NCBI GenBank assembly: GCA_007694005.1
Contig: RECN01000071.1
Location: 189-64,188 of the forward strand
Length of the DNA stretch: 64,000 nt
Source of the DNA: Spirochaetaceae bacterium
Lineage (GTDB): Bacteria > Spirochaetota > Spirochaetia > DSM-27196 > SKKC01
Direction of reading: 5' to 3'
Shown: positions 11,641 through 21,712 of the stretch, in pieces
Position numbering within the stretch: the first letter of the stretch is position 1
How the letters are laid out: the number at the start of each line of letters is the position of its first letter
Position numbers and translations under genes: made by a program
The notes under the pieces: model-generated
The model's database searches: none
What the model saw: only the letters and a program-made list of their open reading frames with translations
What the model was told of the DNA's origin: nothing

Positions 11641-12684
11641 ATGAAAGCAGCAATTCTCGGTTCCAGTGGTTACGTTGGTCTCATTCTCATGAGACTGCTC
11701 GCGAAACATAGCGAGATCGAACAGATCATCCCGGTTTCCTCATCGAAGGCAGGTGTCTCCGTAGACGATCACGACCCGGGCCTCGGGCGCGATGCCGTGC
11801 GCAAGACCGACATTACCGGCGGTAAACTTGCGACGCTCGAACGCGCGGCCGAACTCGAGCCGGACGTAGTCTTTGCAGCCCTTCCTCACTTGAAAAGTGC
11901 GGACCTCTGCGCACCGTTTTTCGGGCAGTCGGTTGTGATCGATCTGAGCGCCGATTTCAGGATCAGGGACGAAATCGAGTTCGAAAAAGCCTACGGTGTC
12001 GCTCCTCCGAGACCGGATCTTCTCGCAAAAGCCTGTTTCGGGTTGACGGAGTGGAACCGGACAGCCCTCCGGACCGCGGAACTGATCGCGACCCCGGGGT
12101 GCTATCCAACATGCACAAGCCTCCCGCTCATTCCGCTGCTTGAGGCAGGCATTATTGAACCCGATATCTGGACAAACGCGATCAGCGGTCTCTCCGGAGC
12201 CGGACGATCGGCGAAGCAGAACATGCTTTACGTGGAACGCACCGAAAACATGAACGCCTACAGCCCCGGGACCCAACACCGCCACGTCAGCGAAATGAAG
12301 CAGATTTTCGCGGAGTTCGGCCAGACCGAGAATGCCGGGATGTTCTTTATCCCCCACATAGTCCCGGTCCGACAGGGAATGTTCTGCGCGAGCAGGGTGA
12401 TACTCAAGGAAGGTCGAACCGCAGATGACCTGAGCGACTGCCTGCACGACCGCTATGAGGCTGAACGCTTTGTGAAGCTGCTCGGTACGCGAATTCCGGA
12501 AACGCGTCACGTCCGCGGGACAAACCGCTGCGACATCGGGTTTCACGCGGAAGACCGCTCGGTGGCGCTTTTCTCGAGCATCGACAACCTGTTCAAAGGC
12601 GCTGCAGGGCAGGCAGTGCAGAACATGAACGTCCGCTTCGGATTTGATGAAGCCTGCGGTCTGACCGACGAGGGGGAGTTCTGA
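11641..12684 (+). CDS. argC: N-acetyl-gamma-glutamyl-phosphate reductase
   Basis: GSSGYVG, DLSADFR, PGCYPT and DNLFKGAAGQA motifs. Confidence 0.95.
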   Translation: MKAAILGSSGYVGLILMRLLAKHSEIEQIIPVSSSKAGVSVDDHDPGLGRDAVRKTDITGGKLATLERAAELEPDVVFAALPHLKSADLCAPFFGQSVVIDLSADFRIRDEIEFEKAYGVAPPRPDLLAKACFGLTEWNRTALRTAELIATPGCYPTCTSLPLIPLLEAGIIEPDIWTNAISGLSGAGRSAKQNMLYVERTENMNAYSPGTQHRHVSEMKQIFAEFGQTENAGMFFIPHIVPVRQGMFCASRVILKEGRTADDLSDCLHDRYEAERFVKLLGTRIPETRHVRGTNRCDIGFHAEDRSVALFSSIDNLFKGAAGQAVQNMNVRFGFDEACGLTDEGEF

Positions 12685-12685
12685 G

Positions 12686-13480
12686 ATGAAGGGCATCACG
12701 GTAGTCAAACTCGGGGGCGCTGCTGCATCCGACAGCGGGACGCTCGGACAGCTTGCCGAAGAACTCGCATCGATCCTGAACCTGCCACCGGTGGTCGTAC
12801 ACGGTGGGGGCGCGATCGTGTCGAACTGGTCACGAAGACTCGGTGTGGAACCGCGCTTCGAGGATGGCGTCCGCATGACCTCTACGGAAGAAATGGACGT
12901 CGTCGAGATGGTACTCGCGGGGTCGGTGAACACCGGGGTCGTCAGGTTGCTCTGCGCCCATCAACATAAGGCGGTCGGGCTGAGCCTGAGCGACTGCAGC
13001 CTCGTCAGCGGTGTCGCCCTGGCGGCAGGACCGGAAAACAGGACGGCCCGCCCCGGCGAGGTCCGCACCGATCTGATCCGACATCTCCTTGAGGGCGGGT
13101 ATACACCGGTGATCAGTTCGGTCGGAACAATGAACGACGGAGGCCCCTGCAACATCAATGCCGATGAAGCCGCGCTGGCGCTCGCACGTGCGCTCGGGGC
13201 TTCGCAGCTGGTATTTCTGTCCGACGTGCCGGGAGTTCTGATCGGCGACGAAGTCCGCCACTCCATGAATGAGACCGATGTCGCCACAGCGATTGCCGAA
13301 GGGCATATCTCCGGCGGCATGATACCGAAAGTACGGAGCGCGCTCGACGCAACGGCTCACGGGGTCGGAAGTGTAATTATCGGGCAGTACGGGGGGACGG
13401 GAGATTTTACCGCCCTACTCGAAGGAACAGCAGGCAGCCGCCTGCAAGGAAGGCCGGCAGAGGCCGGAGAATGCGTATGA
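12686..13480 (+). CDS. argB: acetylglutamate kinase
   Basis: KLGG, VHGGG, NINAD and GGMIPKV motifs. Confidence 0.95.
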   Translation: MKGITVVKLGGAAASDSGTLGQLAEELASILNLPPVVVHGGGAIVSNWSRRLGVEPRFEDGVRMTSTEEMDVVEMVLAGSVNTGVVRLLCAHQHKAVGLSLSDCSLVSGVALAAGPENRTARPGEVRTDLIRHLLEGGYTPVISSVGTMNDGGPCNINADEAALALARALGASQLVFLSDVPGVLIGDEVRHSMNETDVATAIAEGHISGGMIPKVRSALDATAHGVGSVIIGQYGGTGDFTALLEGTAGSRLQGRPAEAGECV

Positions 13481-14736
13481 AAGAGCAAGTCTATCACGGC
13501 ACCTACGACGGTGCGTACGTTTCCGATACGCACATCGCTCACTGTTATGCAAACCGCACAATGGTCCTGACCGACGGGCGCGGAGCAACGGTGCGCGATC
13601 GCAGCGGACGACGCTACATAGATTTCACCGCCGGCATCGCGGTGAACATTCTCGGACACGGACGCCGTGACCTCGCGCGCATTGCCGCCCGGGAAATGCG
13701 TCGTCGCGTACACGTCTCCAACCTCTTCGCGAGTGTTCCGACGCTCGAGCTCGCATCGCACCTCGTAGCATCGGGACCCTTTGCCGCCTGTTTCTTCGGT
13801 AACAGCGGGTCCGAGGCGAATGAGGCGGCGCTCAAGTTCGCACGTCTGTACGCACACCGCACACGCGGGGCCGGACATCACGGTATCGTCTCGTTCTCGA
13901 ACGGATTCCATGGAAGAACGATGGGCTCGCTTTCGGCGACCCACAAGGCGGCGTATCGGGAACCCTTTGAGCCACTTATCGGCGGGGTGCACTACCTGCC
14001 CTACAACGACGTGGACGCGCTTCAGGAGCTCGATGAGCGCACCGCGGCGGTGATCGTCGAACCCATGCAGGGCGAAGGTGGCCTGACTGTCATGAGCGAT
14101 GACTTCGCGGCGGCACTGAACGACATCTGCCGCGTACACGACATCATTCTGATTGCCGATGAAGTACAGAGCGGTCTCGGACGCACCGGCCGACTCTACG
14201 GTTCACACAGCGTCGGACTCGCACCGGACATCGTCACGCTGTCGAAGCCACTCGCTGCAGGACTGCCCCTGTCGGCGACCCTTATCCCGGAGCGGGTAAA
14301 TGCCCTGCTCTCACCCGGCGATCACGGATCCACCTTCGGCGGAGGACCGGTCGTCACCGCCGTGGGGCTGAAAGTCTGGCAGGAAGTCACCAGACGGGGT
14401 TTTGTCGATCGCGTTCGCGAGGCCGGAGAAGTGATTGCGGAGAAGCTCTCGGATATGTCTGCGAAATCGGACATACTGGGCTCGCCGCGCGGGCTGGGAC
14501 TTCTGCGCGGAGTACCCGTTGAAACCGGAGGCTCGGACGACGGAAGCGTTCTCGGACGCATAATGGAAGCCGCGCGGGGCGAAGGGCTTCTGATTCTCAG
14601 AAGCGGAAGCAATGTAATCCGTCTGGCACCCCCCCTGAACATACGCGACAGGGAACTGACAGAGGGACTCGCCCGTCTGGAACGGGCGGTGCAGCAGATC
14701 GAACACGAGTATCACAAGGAGAAAAGTACTGTATGA
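13477..14736 (+). CDS. argD: acetylornithine aminotransferase
   Basis: NSGSEANEAA, FHGRT, DEVQSGLGRTG and HGSTFGG motifs; operon context. Confidence 0.92.
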   Translation: MKEQVYHGTYDGAYVSDTHIAHCYANRTMVLTDGRGATVRDRSGRRYIDFTAGIAVNILGHGRRDLARIAAREMRRRVHVSNLFASVPTLELASHLVASGPFAACFFGNSGSEANEAALKFARLYAHRTRGAGHHGIVSFSNGFHGRTMGSLSATHKAAYREPFEPLIGGVHYLPYNDVDALQELDERTAAVIVEPMQGEGGLTVMSDDFAAALNDICRVHDIILIADEVQSGLGRTGRLYGSHSVGLAPDIVTLSKPLAAGLPLSATLIPERVNALLSPGDHGSTFGGGPVVTAVGLKVWQEVTRRGFVDRVREAGEVIAEKLSDMSAKSDILGSPRGLGLLRGVPVETGGSDDGSVLGRIMEAARGEGLLILRSGSNVIRLAPPLNIRDRELTEGLARLERAVQQIEHEYHKEKSTV

Positions 14737-16037
14737 GTGAAACGAACACACCGAAAACCGGAAAGAACGGACGCGAAATCCGCAAGATCGTTCTGGCGTA
14801 CTCGGGAGGGCTTGATACCAGCATCATCATCCCCTGGCTTAAGGAGCAGTATCCGGGAGCAGAGGTCGTCTGCGTCTGCACGAATGTCGGACAGGCCGAA
14901 GACTGGGAAGGCATGGAAAAGAAAGCCCTCGCCAGCGGAGCGAGCAAGTTGTACACACTCGATGTACAGGAAGAGTTCGTGCGGGACTATCTCTGGCCCA
15001 TGCTGCGGGCCGGTGCCATTTACGAGGGGAAGTACCTGCTTGGAACCAGCATTGCCCGTCCGCTTCAGGCGAAGAAGCAGGTAGAAATCGCCCTGCAGGA
15101 GAACGCCGACGCCCTCGCACACGGCTGCACAGGGAAGGGAAACGACCAGGTCAGATTCGAACTGACCTACAAGGCGCTCGCCCCTCACCTTGAGGTCATT
15201 GCACCGTGGCGCATGTGGCACATCCGCAGTCGGGAACAGGCCATCGACTACGCGAAGGAACACGGTGTGCCTATCGGTGATATCAGCAAGAAAAATATCT
15301 ACAGCCGGGACTGGAACGTCTGGCACATGAGCCACGAAGGCGGTGAACTCGAGGACACCTGGGTCAGGCCTTCCGCGGAGATGTTCCAGCTCACCACCGA
15401 TCCGCGAAACGCCCCGGACGAGGAACAGGAGATTGTCATCGATTTCGAGCACGGTATACCGGTCTCGGTTGACGGCATAAGCATGAAACCTCTTGAGATG
15501 CTCAACCACCTCAACGCGATCGGTGCGAAACACGGGGTCGGGCGGGCCGATCTCGTGGAGACCCGGCTGGTCGGCATGAAAAGCAGAGGCGTGTACGAGA
15601 CACCCGGGGGTACCATCCTCTACACGGCGCTCCGGGAGCTCGAAATGATTACGCTTGATTTCGACACCCTGGCCATGAAGAACGAGCTCGCCCTGAAGTA
15701 CGCGGACCTCGTATACGCAGGGAAGTGGTTTACCCATTTCAGGAACAGCATCGACGCGTACATGCACGCGGCAGCCGAATACATCAGCGGCAGCGTCCGA
15801 ATAGTCCTGTACAAGGGCAACGTCATGATCGCCGGCCGAACAAGCCCGTACAGCCTCTACCTCGAGGACCTCGCCAGCTTCGGAGAAAGCGCCTACGACC
15901 ACTCCGACGCGACCGGATTCATCAACCTCTACGGACTCTCAACCGGCGTCGCCGCGATCGTCCACGACAAGAAGCTGAAGACCGATGCAGGACCCGCCGT
16001 CGAAATGCGGGCCATGGCTGGATTCAGCGAAAAATAA
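14733..16037 (+). CDS. argG: argininosuccinate synthase
   Basis: AYSGGLDTS, HGCTGKGNDQVRFE and SRGVYETPG motifs. Confidence 0.97.
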   Translation: MSETNTPKTGKNGREIRKIVLAYSGGLDTSIIIPWLKEQYPGAEVVCVCTNVGQAEDWEGMEKKALASGASKLYTLDVQEEFVRDYLWPMLRAGAIYEGKYLLGTSIARPLQAKKQVEIALQENADALAHGCTGKGNDQVRFELTYKALAPHLEVIAPWRMWHIRSREQAIDYAKEHGVPIGDISKKNIYSRDWNVWHMSHEGGELEDTWVRPSAEMFQLTTDPRNAPDEEQEIVIDFEHGIPVSVDGISMKPLEMLNHLNAIGAKHGVGRADLVETRLVGMKSRGVYETPGGTILYTALRELEMITLDFDTLAMKNELALKYADLVYAGKWFTHFRNSIDAYMHAAAEYISGSVRIVLYKGNVMIAGRTSPYSLYLEDLASFGESAYDHSDATGFINLYGLSTGVAAIVHDKKLKTDAGPAVEMRAMAGFSEK

Positions 16038-16042
16038 TTAAA

Positions 16043-16078
16043 AAGTCCATAGTCTCATGCAAATGGGGCTATGGGCTT
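16043..16078 (+). terminator. 16-bp hairpin with GCAA tetraloop closing the arg operon
   Basis: AAGTCCATAGTCTCAT-GCAA-ATGGGGCTATGGGCTT. It pairs fully only as + strand RNA (three G-U pairs) and has no long U tract. Confidence 0.55.
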
Positions 16079-16138
16079 GACCTGCAGCGTATCGGCCTTG
16101 CACTGTATTATCCGTAATCTCATAAACGGAGCGACATT

Positions 16139-17731
16139 GTGACCGACCCCAGAACCGGAAAAAACCTGACAGAATGCGATTCTTACACGAAGCTTTCACG
16201 CCATGAACTCGTACAGCCCTCACGCGAACTGACCGCCGAGCGGGTCAACTCCTGCGACGTTGACGCAGGCGGCGGCCTTCGCTTCAACTACGCGGCATCC
16301 TGCGTCAACGACGCCGTACTCGCGGACCTCGAGGCGCTCTGCGACGAACAGAAACTGCACGACCAGTATCAGACCCTCTACGAAGGCGGGATCATGAACG
16401 TCGGCGAGGACAGGCTCGTTCTGCATCATCTGCTGCGTGGCCGTCTTGGTTCATCCGTCTCGGTGGACGGCACCGACGTAGGCGCCTTCTACCGGGAACA
16501 GACCGAACGCGTCGCGGCATTCGCGCGCGCCGTCCACGCGGGTGAGATCGTCGGGTCCACCGGCAAGCAGTTCAGAACCGTCGTACAGATCGGCATAGGC
16601 GGTTCCGACCTCGGTCCCCGCGCCCTCGCCATCGCGCTGCAGGGCTACGCTCATACACGCCACGGGCACCCCCGCATGCAGGCGGAGTTCATAAGCAACG
16701 TAGACCCCGACGACGCCGCACAGGTCCTCGCAAACTTCGACCCGGAAACGACGCTCTTCGTGCTCGTGTCAAAAAGCGGCACGACGCAGGAGACGCTTAC
16801 CAACGAACTGTTCGCCATAGAACTCATGGAACGCTACGAGATTTCGGGCCTTGCCCCCCGCAAACACATGGTTGCGGTCACGAGCAGAACGAGTCCGCTC
16901 GCGGCGTCGTCCGAGTATCTCGACGCCTTCTTTATCGACGACTACATTGGCGGACGCTACTCGGGAACGAGTCCGGTCGGTGGCGTAGTCCTGAGCCTTG
17001 CCTTCGGACCGGAGATATTCGAGGAGCTGCTTTCCGGCGCGCACGAGGCGGACTCCTCGGCGACACGGCCGTTCGCGGAGAATGCGGCCATGATCGACGC
17101 CGCGATCGGCGTCTACAACAGGAACGTTCTCGGGCTTCCGACAACAGCCGTCCTTCCCTACTCGAACGCGCTGATGCGCTTCCCGGCACATCTGCAGCAG
17201 CTCGACATGGAAAGCAACGGCAAGCGGGTCAATCGCCGCGGTGAGGCCGTCAGCTACCCGACCGGACCGGTGGTCTTCGGTGAGCCCGGCACCAACGGAC
17301 AGCACAGTTTCTACCAGCTCCTGCACCAGGGCACCAACATTGTTCCCCTGCAGTTCATCGGTTTCCGCGAGAGCCAGCGGGGAGATGATATCTCGGTGGA
17401 CGGCTCTACGAGCCAGACCAAGCTCAACGCGAACCTCGCCGCCCAGATCGGTGCATTCGCATTCGGTCAGGACCACGAGAACCAGAACAGGGCCTTCCCC
17501 GGAAACCGGCCGTCAACGCTGCTCTACGGAAAGCAACTCACGCCGCGGGCACTCGGTGCACTTCTTGCGCATTTTGAGAACAAGGTGATGTTCCAGGGCT
17601 TTTTGTGGAATATCAACAGCTTCGATCAGGAAGGCGTACAGCTTGGAAAGGTGCTGACGAAAAACATTCTTTCCGGCGGCGACGTCAACCCCGCGATGGA
17701 AGCCTACACGACGCTGCTCGGGCTGCGGTAA
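16139..17731 (+). CDS. pgi: glucose-6-phosphate isomerase
   Basis: GIGGSDLGP, SKSGTTQET, GGRYS, QQLDMESNGK and FDQEGVQLGK motifs. Confidence 0.96.
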   Translation: MTDPRTGKNLTECDSYTKLSRHELVQPSRELTAERVNSCDVDAGGGLRFNYAASCVNDAVLADLEALCDEQKLHDQYQTLYEGGIMNVGEDRLVLHHLLRGRLGSSVSVDGTDVGAFYREQTERVAAFARAVHAGEIVGSTGKQFRTVVQIGIGGSDLGPRALAIALQGYAHTRHGHPRMQAEFISNVDPDDAAQVLANFDPETTLFVLVSKSGTTQETLTNELFAIELMERYEISGLAPRKHMVAVTSRTSPLAASSEYLDAFFIDDYIGGRYSGTSPVGGVVLSLAFGPEIFEELLSGAHEADSSATRPFAENAAMIDAAIGVYNRNVLGLPTTAVLPYSNALMRFPAHLQQLDMESNGKRVNRRGEAVSYPTGPVVFGEPGTNGQHSFYQLLHQGTNIVPLQFIGFRESQRGDDISVDGSTSQTKLNANLAAQIGAFAFGQDHENQNRAFPGNRPSTLLYGKQLTPRALGALLAHFENKVMFQGFLWNINSFDQEGVQLGKVLTKNILSGGDVNPAMEAYTTLLGLR

Positions 17732-17747
17732 GCCGCACGCGCGGGCC

Positions 17748-17838
17748 TTACGCGTCCGCCGGAGTTTCACGCGTCCGCCGGAGTTTCACGCGTCCGCCGG
17801 AGTTTCACGCGTCCGCCGGAATTTCACGCGTCAGCCGG
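17748..17838. repeat. 19-bp tandem repeat, about 4.6 copies
   Basis: CGCGTCCGCCGGAGTTTCA starts at 17751, 17770, 17789 and 17808 (one mismatch), with a partial copy at 17827. Confidence 0.95.
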
Positions 17839-19578
17839 GGCGCCGGAAGGCTCTCCGGCGGGCCCGACCGCTATGCATTGCATGCGTGCGAGTTCATCTG
17901 CACCCGCAGCGAATGCACGCGACGCTTCGCGGTAGCGAAAACCGGTAATCACGCCAAGCCCGCTGAACAGGGCATCGTGGAGGGCGTTGCTGAACAGGGT
18001 AAGGTAGGCCCTGCGTTCAACCGCACCCGAGGCGTTCCGGATCAGCAGCGGTGAGGCGTCAAGCGCTTTCGCAAGCGCTGCTACCTGACGCGTCAACACG
18101 GGGTAGAGCGTTCGCAGCAGATCAACATAGACCCCGCGGTATTCATTATCACCTGCCGTCAGATACGCGATCTGTGTAAAGCGGTCGCGCTCGCTCACCG
18201 TTTTACGGGAGGACTTCCGCTTTCCCGTAGTCCGGGAGCGAAGCGGAATCGCGTCTCTGACCCGTGCCGCGACGGTATCATTCGTGAGCATCTTGTACAT
18301 GGAAAGATAGAAAAGCATGACCTGGGCGTTGCGCCGGTCGGGAAGCCTGCTCTCTTTCACGCAGCCGGTAAGCAGCGCACGGGCAGCGCCTTCCGCCTGC
18401 TTCAGGCTACGCGCGAGACTGTCGCTCCCTGCTGTCGCAAAACCGCGCACCGACGCACTCTGAGCTTCAACAGCAGCCGATACCTTCGCAACCGCTGTGC
18501 GGGCGGTGTTCCACAGCGTGTGGCCCCTGACCGACGCGATCGCAGCGCGTACCTTCGCCCGCTTTTCGAGTCCGAGAAGCGAAAACTCGGGGTATTCGCG
18601 AACGATGCGCGAAAGCCCGGCAACGCGCGCACCGACGTGTGAACCAAGCGTATCCACGGCGAGTAGTTCAACCTCGGTCACCAGCTCATCGAGATCCTCG
18701 TCGGCAGCGTGCGAGCGTCCGAGCACCGCACGGGTAAAGCGCCGGAGAGCCTGGCTCATGTCCGACGAGGTTAGAATGCGTCCGGCGATGTCATCCGATA
18801 TCTGTACGGCCAGAGACAGGAGACTGCGGAGCATGATGGTTCGAGCGTCGGGCAGGCCGGTCTGCAGCATGTTCAGGGCGGGGTCTTCGGGCACAAAGGC
18901 CAGATCAACGACGCGGCCACGTTCGTCTTCGCTGATTCGCGCGTCATCCGTCGTGTTGTGGTTGTAGTTTGCGACCAGGTCGCGGGGGTTGAAACCGTCG
19001 GGCCCCTGCAACTTGAAACGGTTGTGCCAGACGTGAACGACCCGCGAAGGGTCGCGTCTGAACACCTCGCGTATGTAGCCTCCTCCGGAGGTATGCGCGG
19101 TCGGTTCAGGATTGGTAACGAGCAGGACGATGTCTGCGAGATCGAGGAAACGGACGTTCGTGTCTTCCTCGACACCGGCAGGAAGATCGAGAATGATGAC
19201 CCCGTAGCGACTGCGCAGTGCCTGCCCCTGCTCGCCGGACAGCAGCGAAAAGAGCGCATCAGAATCCTCGACGCCGCGTTTCGCCTGATGAAAGAGAATA
19301 TCGAGCCCGTTGAAAGGCTGTATGCTGTAGTCTGAAAGCTCCCCGTCGGCACGAACTTCCGTGGTATCAAGGCTGTGTTCGGGACGCGTCAGGTCCAGAA
19401 ACGAAGTAACATCGGACAGGGGATCGAGATCGACCAGAACAGTCGGGACGCCATGACGCGCGTAGTACAGGGCAAGATTCACCGCCGTCGTCGTCTTTCC
19501 GACACCGCCCTTCCCTGAGGTAATCGCGATGCAGCGCCCTGATCCACTCTCACTGCGGCCATCGTTCAAGGTTTCCAC
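17824..19578 (-). CDS. MinD/FlhG/ParA-family ATPase with large extra domain
   Basis: Deviant Walker A SGKGGVGKTT, VDLD, LDLPAG, TNPEPTA. GTG start inferred from extended -10 TG-c-TATGCT 8 nt upstream. Confidence 0.8.
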   Translation of the reverse strand: METLNDGRSESGSGRCIAITSGKGGVGKTTTAVNLALYYARHGVPTVLVDLDPLSDVTSFLDLTRPEHSLDTTEVRADGELSDYSIQPFNGLDILFHQAKRGVEDSDALFSLLSGEQGQALRSRYGVIILDLPAGVEEDTNVRFLDLADIVLLVTNPEPTAHTSGGGYIREVFRRDPSRVVHVWHNRFKLQGPDGFNPRDLVANYNHNTTDDARISEDERGRVVDLAFVPEDPALNMLQTGLPDARTIMLRSLLSLAVQISDDIAGRILTSSDMSQALRRFTRAVLGRSHAADEDLDELVTEVELLAVDTLGSHVGARVAGLSRIVREYPEFSLLGLEKRAKVRAAIASVRGHTLWNTARTAVAKVSAAVEAQSASVRGFATAGSDSLARSLKQAEGAARALLTGCVKESRLPDRRNAQVMLFYLSMYKMLTNDTVAARVRDAIPLRSRTTGKRKSSRKTVSERDRFTQIAYLTAGDNEYRGVYVDLLRTLYPVLTRQVAALAKALDASPLLIRNASGAVERRAYLTLFSNALHDALFSGLGVITGFRYREASRAFAAGADELARMQCIAVGPAGEPSGAPADA

Positions 19579-19627
19579 AGTCGCCGAGCATAGCATGCAC
19601 ACTTCGACTCTGCTATAGTAGATACCG

Positions 19628-20341
19628 ATGAATGCAAAATCCATCGTCTGTCTGCACGGCTATGGTGTCCGCAGTTTCTTCTGGGAACCGTTGAACGCCA
19701 GACTCGGGCAGTTGTTTCCGGACGTCATTACCCCCGACCTGCAGATGAAAGACATCGATACACTGCTGGAAACCACCTGTGAGGCCATTCGTGCAAAGGC
19801 CCGTCTCGACGGGGTACCGCTGGTCATTATGGGGCACAGTCTCGGAGGCATTATTGCCGCCCTCTGTGCCGAGAAGCTCGGCAGGTCGGCGGTCGGGCAC
19901 GTGATCATTATTGCATCGCCCTACGGTACCCGCGACTCGGTTCCTGGTCCGGTCATGCGGTTTCTGCTGAAAATGCGACTCATTCCGGACGCACTCGCCC
20001 GTCCCCGCTTCTTCTCCCGTTCCACGCCGATTGAAGACCAGAAGTACCTCTTCGCACGCGCAGTGCCGGAATCCCCGGAGCTTCAGGCGGAGATCTTCAA
20101 ACCCACGTGGTTTCACACCGACCGGTTCAGTGGACCGCTTCCACAGCGTGCGCTCGTCATATCCAGCAGTCGTGACCGAATCGTACCGAGCAGCGAAAGC
20201 AGGCGCTTCGCAGAGGTGCTCGGCGCCGAGTTCATCGAGTTTGACGGCACACAGAACGTCGGCCATAACGACTTCGTCTGGGCGCCCGATGCAGCTGCAA
20301 AAGTAATGTCACACATTCAGAGTTTCCTGGGACGCAGATAA
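19628..20341 (+). CDS. alpha/beta-hydrolase
   Basis: LHG oxyanion motif, GHSLGG, D(RIVP) and GHN catalytic-triad pattern. Confidence 0.85.
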   Translation: MNAKSIVCLHGYGVRSFFWEPLNARLGQLFPDVITPDLQMKDIDTLLETTCEAIRAKARLDGVPLVIMGHSLGGIIAALCAEKLGRSAVGHVIIIASPYGTRDSVPGPVMRFLLKMRLIPDALARPRFFSRSTPIEDQKYLFARAVPESPELQAEIFKPTWFHTDRFSGPLPQRALVISSSRDRIVPSSESRRFAEVLGAEFIEFDGTQNVGHNDFVWAPDAAAKVMSHIQSFLGRR

Positions 20342-20344
20342 GGC

Positions 20345-20740
20345 ATGAGGACTTCCCGGCACATACAGCTCGCACAACTCACCATCCCGAAGGCCCTGAA
20401 AGTTCAGCTTGGTCTCGCTGCTTCAATCGAGTTGCTCGCCGCAACGGTTCTGGTCGTGCTCCCGGAGTCGGGTGTCGGGCTGCGCTTTTTTGCGGTTCTG
20501 CTCGGAGCGCTCGGGCTGCACAGCCTTGTATCGCTGCAGCAGGCGCCCTACAGCATGCGAAGCACCCTTCTCCTCCGGGTCATGGCGGCGGGCGGGATAT
20601 GCATAGCGGGGGCTGTCGATCTGGTCGTGAACTGGCCGGCCGCGCCCGGGCTGCTTGCACTCGGTCTCACCGCGGTCGCAGCAGTTTCGATACCCGTGTG
20701 GTCTTACTGGCTTGTCCGGGTCGGCCGATTGCCCCAGTGA
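20345..20740 (+). CDS. hypothetical membrane protein (about 4 TM)
   Basis: Four hydrophobic segments; starts 3 nt after the upstream stop. Confidence 0.6.
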   Translation: MRTSRHIQLAQLTIPKALKVQLGLAASIELLAATVLVVLPESGVGLRFFAVLLGALGLHSLVSLQQAPYSMRSTLLLRVMAAGGICIAGAVDLVVNWPAAPGLLALGLTAVAAVSIPVWSYWLVRVGRLPQ

Positions 20741-21669
20741 CCCTGTGATCCGAGCCATGCAGTAACGGTACGAAACACTTCGGTGCGATCGAGTTCTTTT
20801 ACCAGCTCATGACGATCACCGGGGAAGATGCGCACGGTAACTTCGCAGGGCGTGTGTTCGCGAAGCAGTCTGGCCACCTTCTCGACGCCGGCACCCGAGT
20901 CGCCAACCGGATCGCTGCCGCCCGATATGAGTAACACCGGAACGGGATCCTGCACTGCCCGTAGTCGCGACGGTGTGTTGATCTCAATCAGGCCGCCGGC
21001 CATATCGCGAAAAAAAGCCCGGCAGGGTACGAAACCACAGGCCGGGTCCTCGATATACGCGTCAACTTCCGCTTCGTCGCGACTCAACCAGTCGTATTCG
21101 GTCCGCGTCGGGAGGAACTGTCGATTGAACCCGGCCGAGGCCATTGAAGACAGGAAGGGACTGCGTGTGCGCCCACCGCGTCCTGCAGACAGCACGCGCG
21201 CGAGAAAGCGCCCGACGTAGCCGGATACACCGGGGTGTGAGGCCGTACCGCAGAAAATATAGCCGGCGTAGGCACTGGCTTCGCGGAGCATACAGCTTCG
21301 CGCGACGAAACTCCCCATGCTGTGGCCAAAGAGATATACCGGCAGTTGCGGGTACGCGCCGGTTATCCAGGCGCGAACCTGAAACACGTCGTCCACCACC
21401 GCGTTCCAGCCTGCCTGCGGGGCAAAGAAGCCGGTTCGGGTTTCTTCGGGTTCACTGACTCCGTGTCCGCGGTGATCGTGGGCGACCACAACGTATCCTG
21501 CTGAAGCGAGAAAAGAAGCAAACTCGAGATAGCGGTTCTTGTGCTCGGCCATGCCGTGAAGAATCTGCACAACGCCTCGCGCTTCGGCCCCTGCGGGCTC
21601 GAGAGCGAAGGCCTCGCGTAGCGTACTTTTATCCGAAGAACTTACCGTAAACGTGTTGAGACCTTTCAT
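20704..21669 (-). CDS. lysophospholipase-like alpha/beta-hydrolase
   Basis: HGMAEH, DHRGHG, GHSMGS and RHEL motifs. Confidence 0.88.
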   Translation of the reverse strand: MKGLNTFTVSSSDKSTLREAFALEPAGAEARGVVQILHGMAEHKNRYLEFASFLASAGYVVVAHDHRGHGVSEPEETRTGFFAPQAGWNAVVDDVFQVRAWITGAYPQLPVYLFGHSMGSFVARSCMLREASAYAGYIFCGTASHPGVSGYVGRFLARVLSAGRGGRTRSPFLSSMASAGFNRQFLPTRTEYDWLSRDEAEVDAYIEDPACGFVPCRAFFRDMAGGLIEINTPSRLRAVQDPVPVLLISGGSDPVGDSGAGVEKVARLLREHTPCEVTVRIFPGDRHELVKELDRTEVFRTVTAWLGSQGHWGNRPTRTSQ

Positions 21670-21712
21670 TCGCCCCTCGCAATTCGCTGCATATTGCTGC
21701 ATTATACTCCGC

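Noticed and set aside
17748-17838. Possible mini-CRISPR array
   Set aside because: The units are directly adjacent with no spacers, and there are no cas genes.
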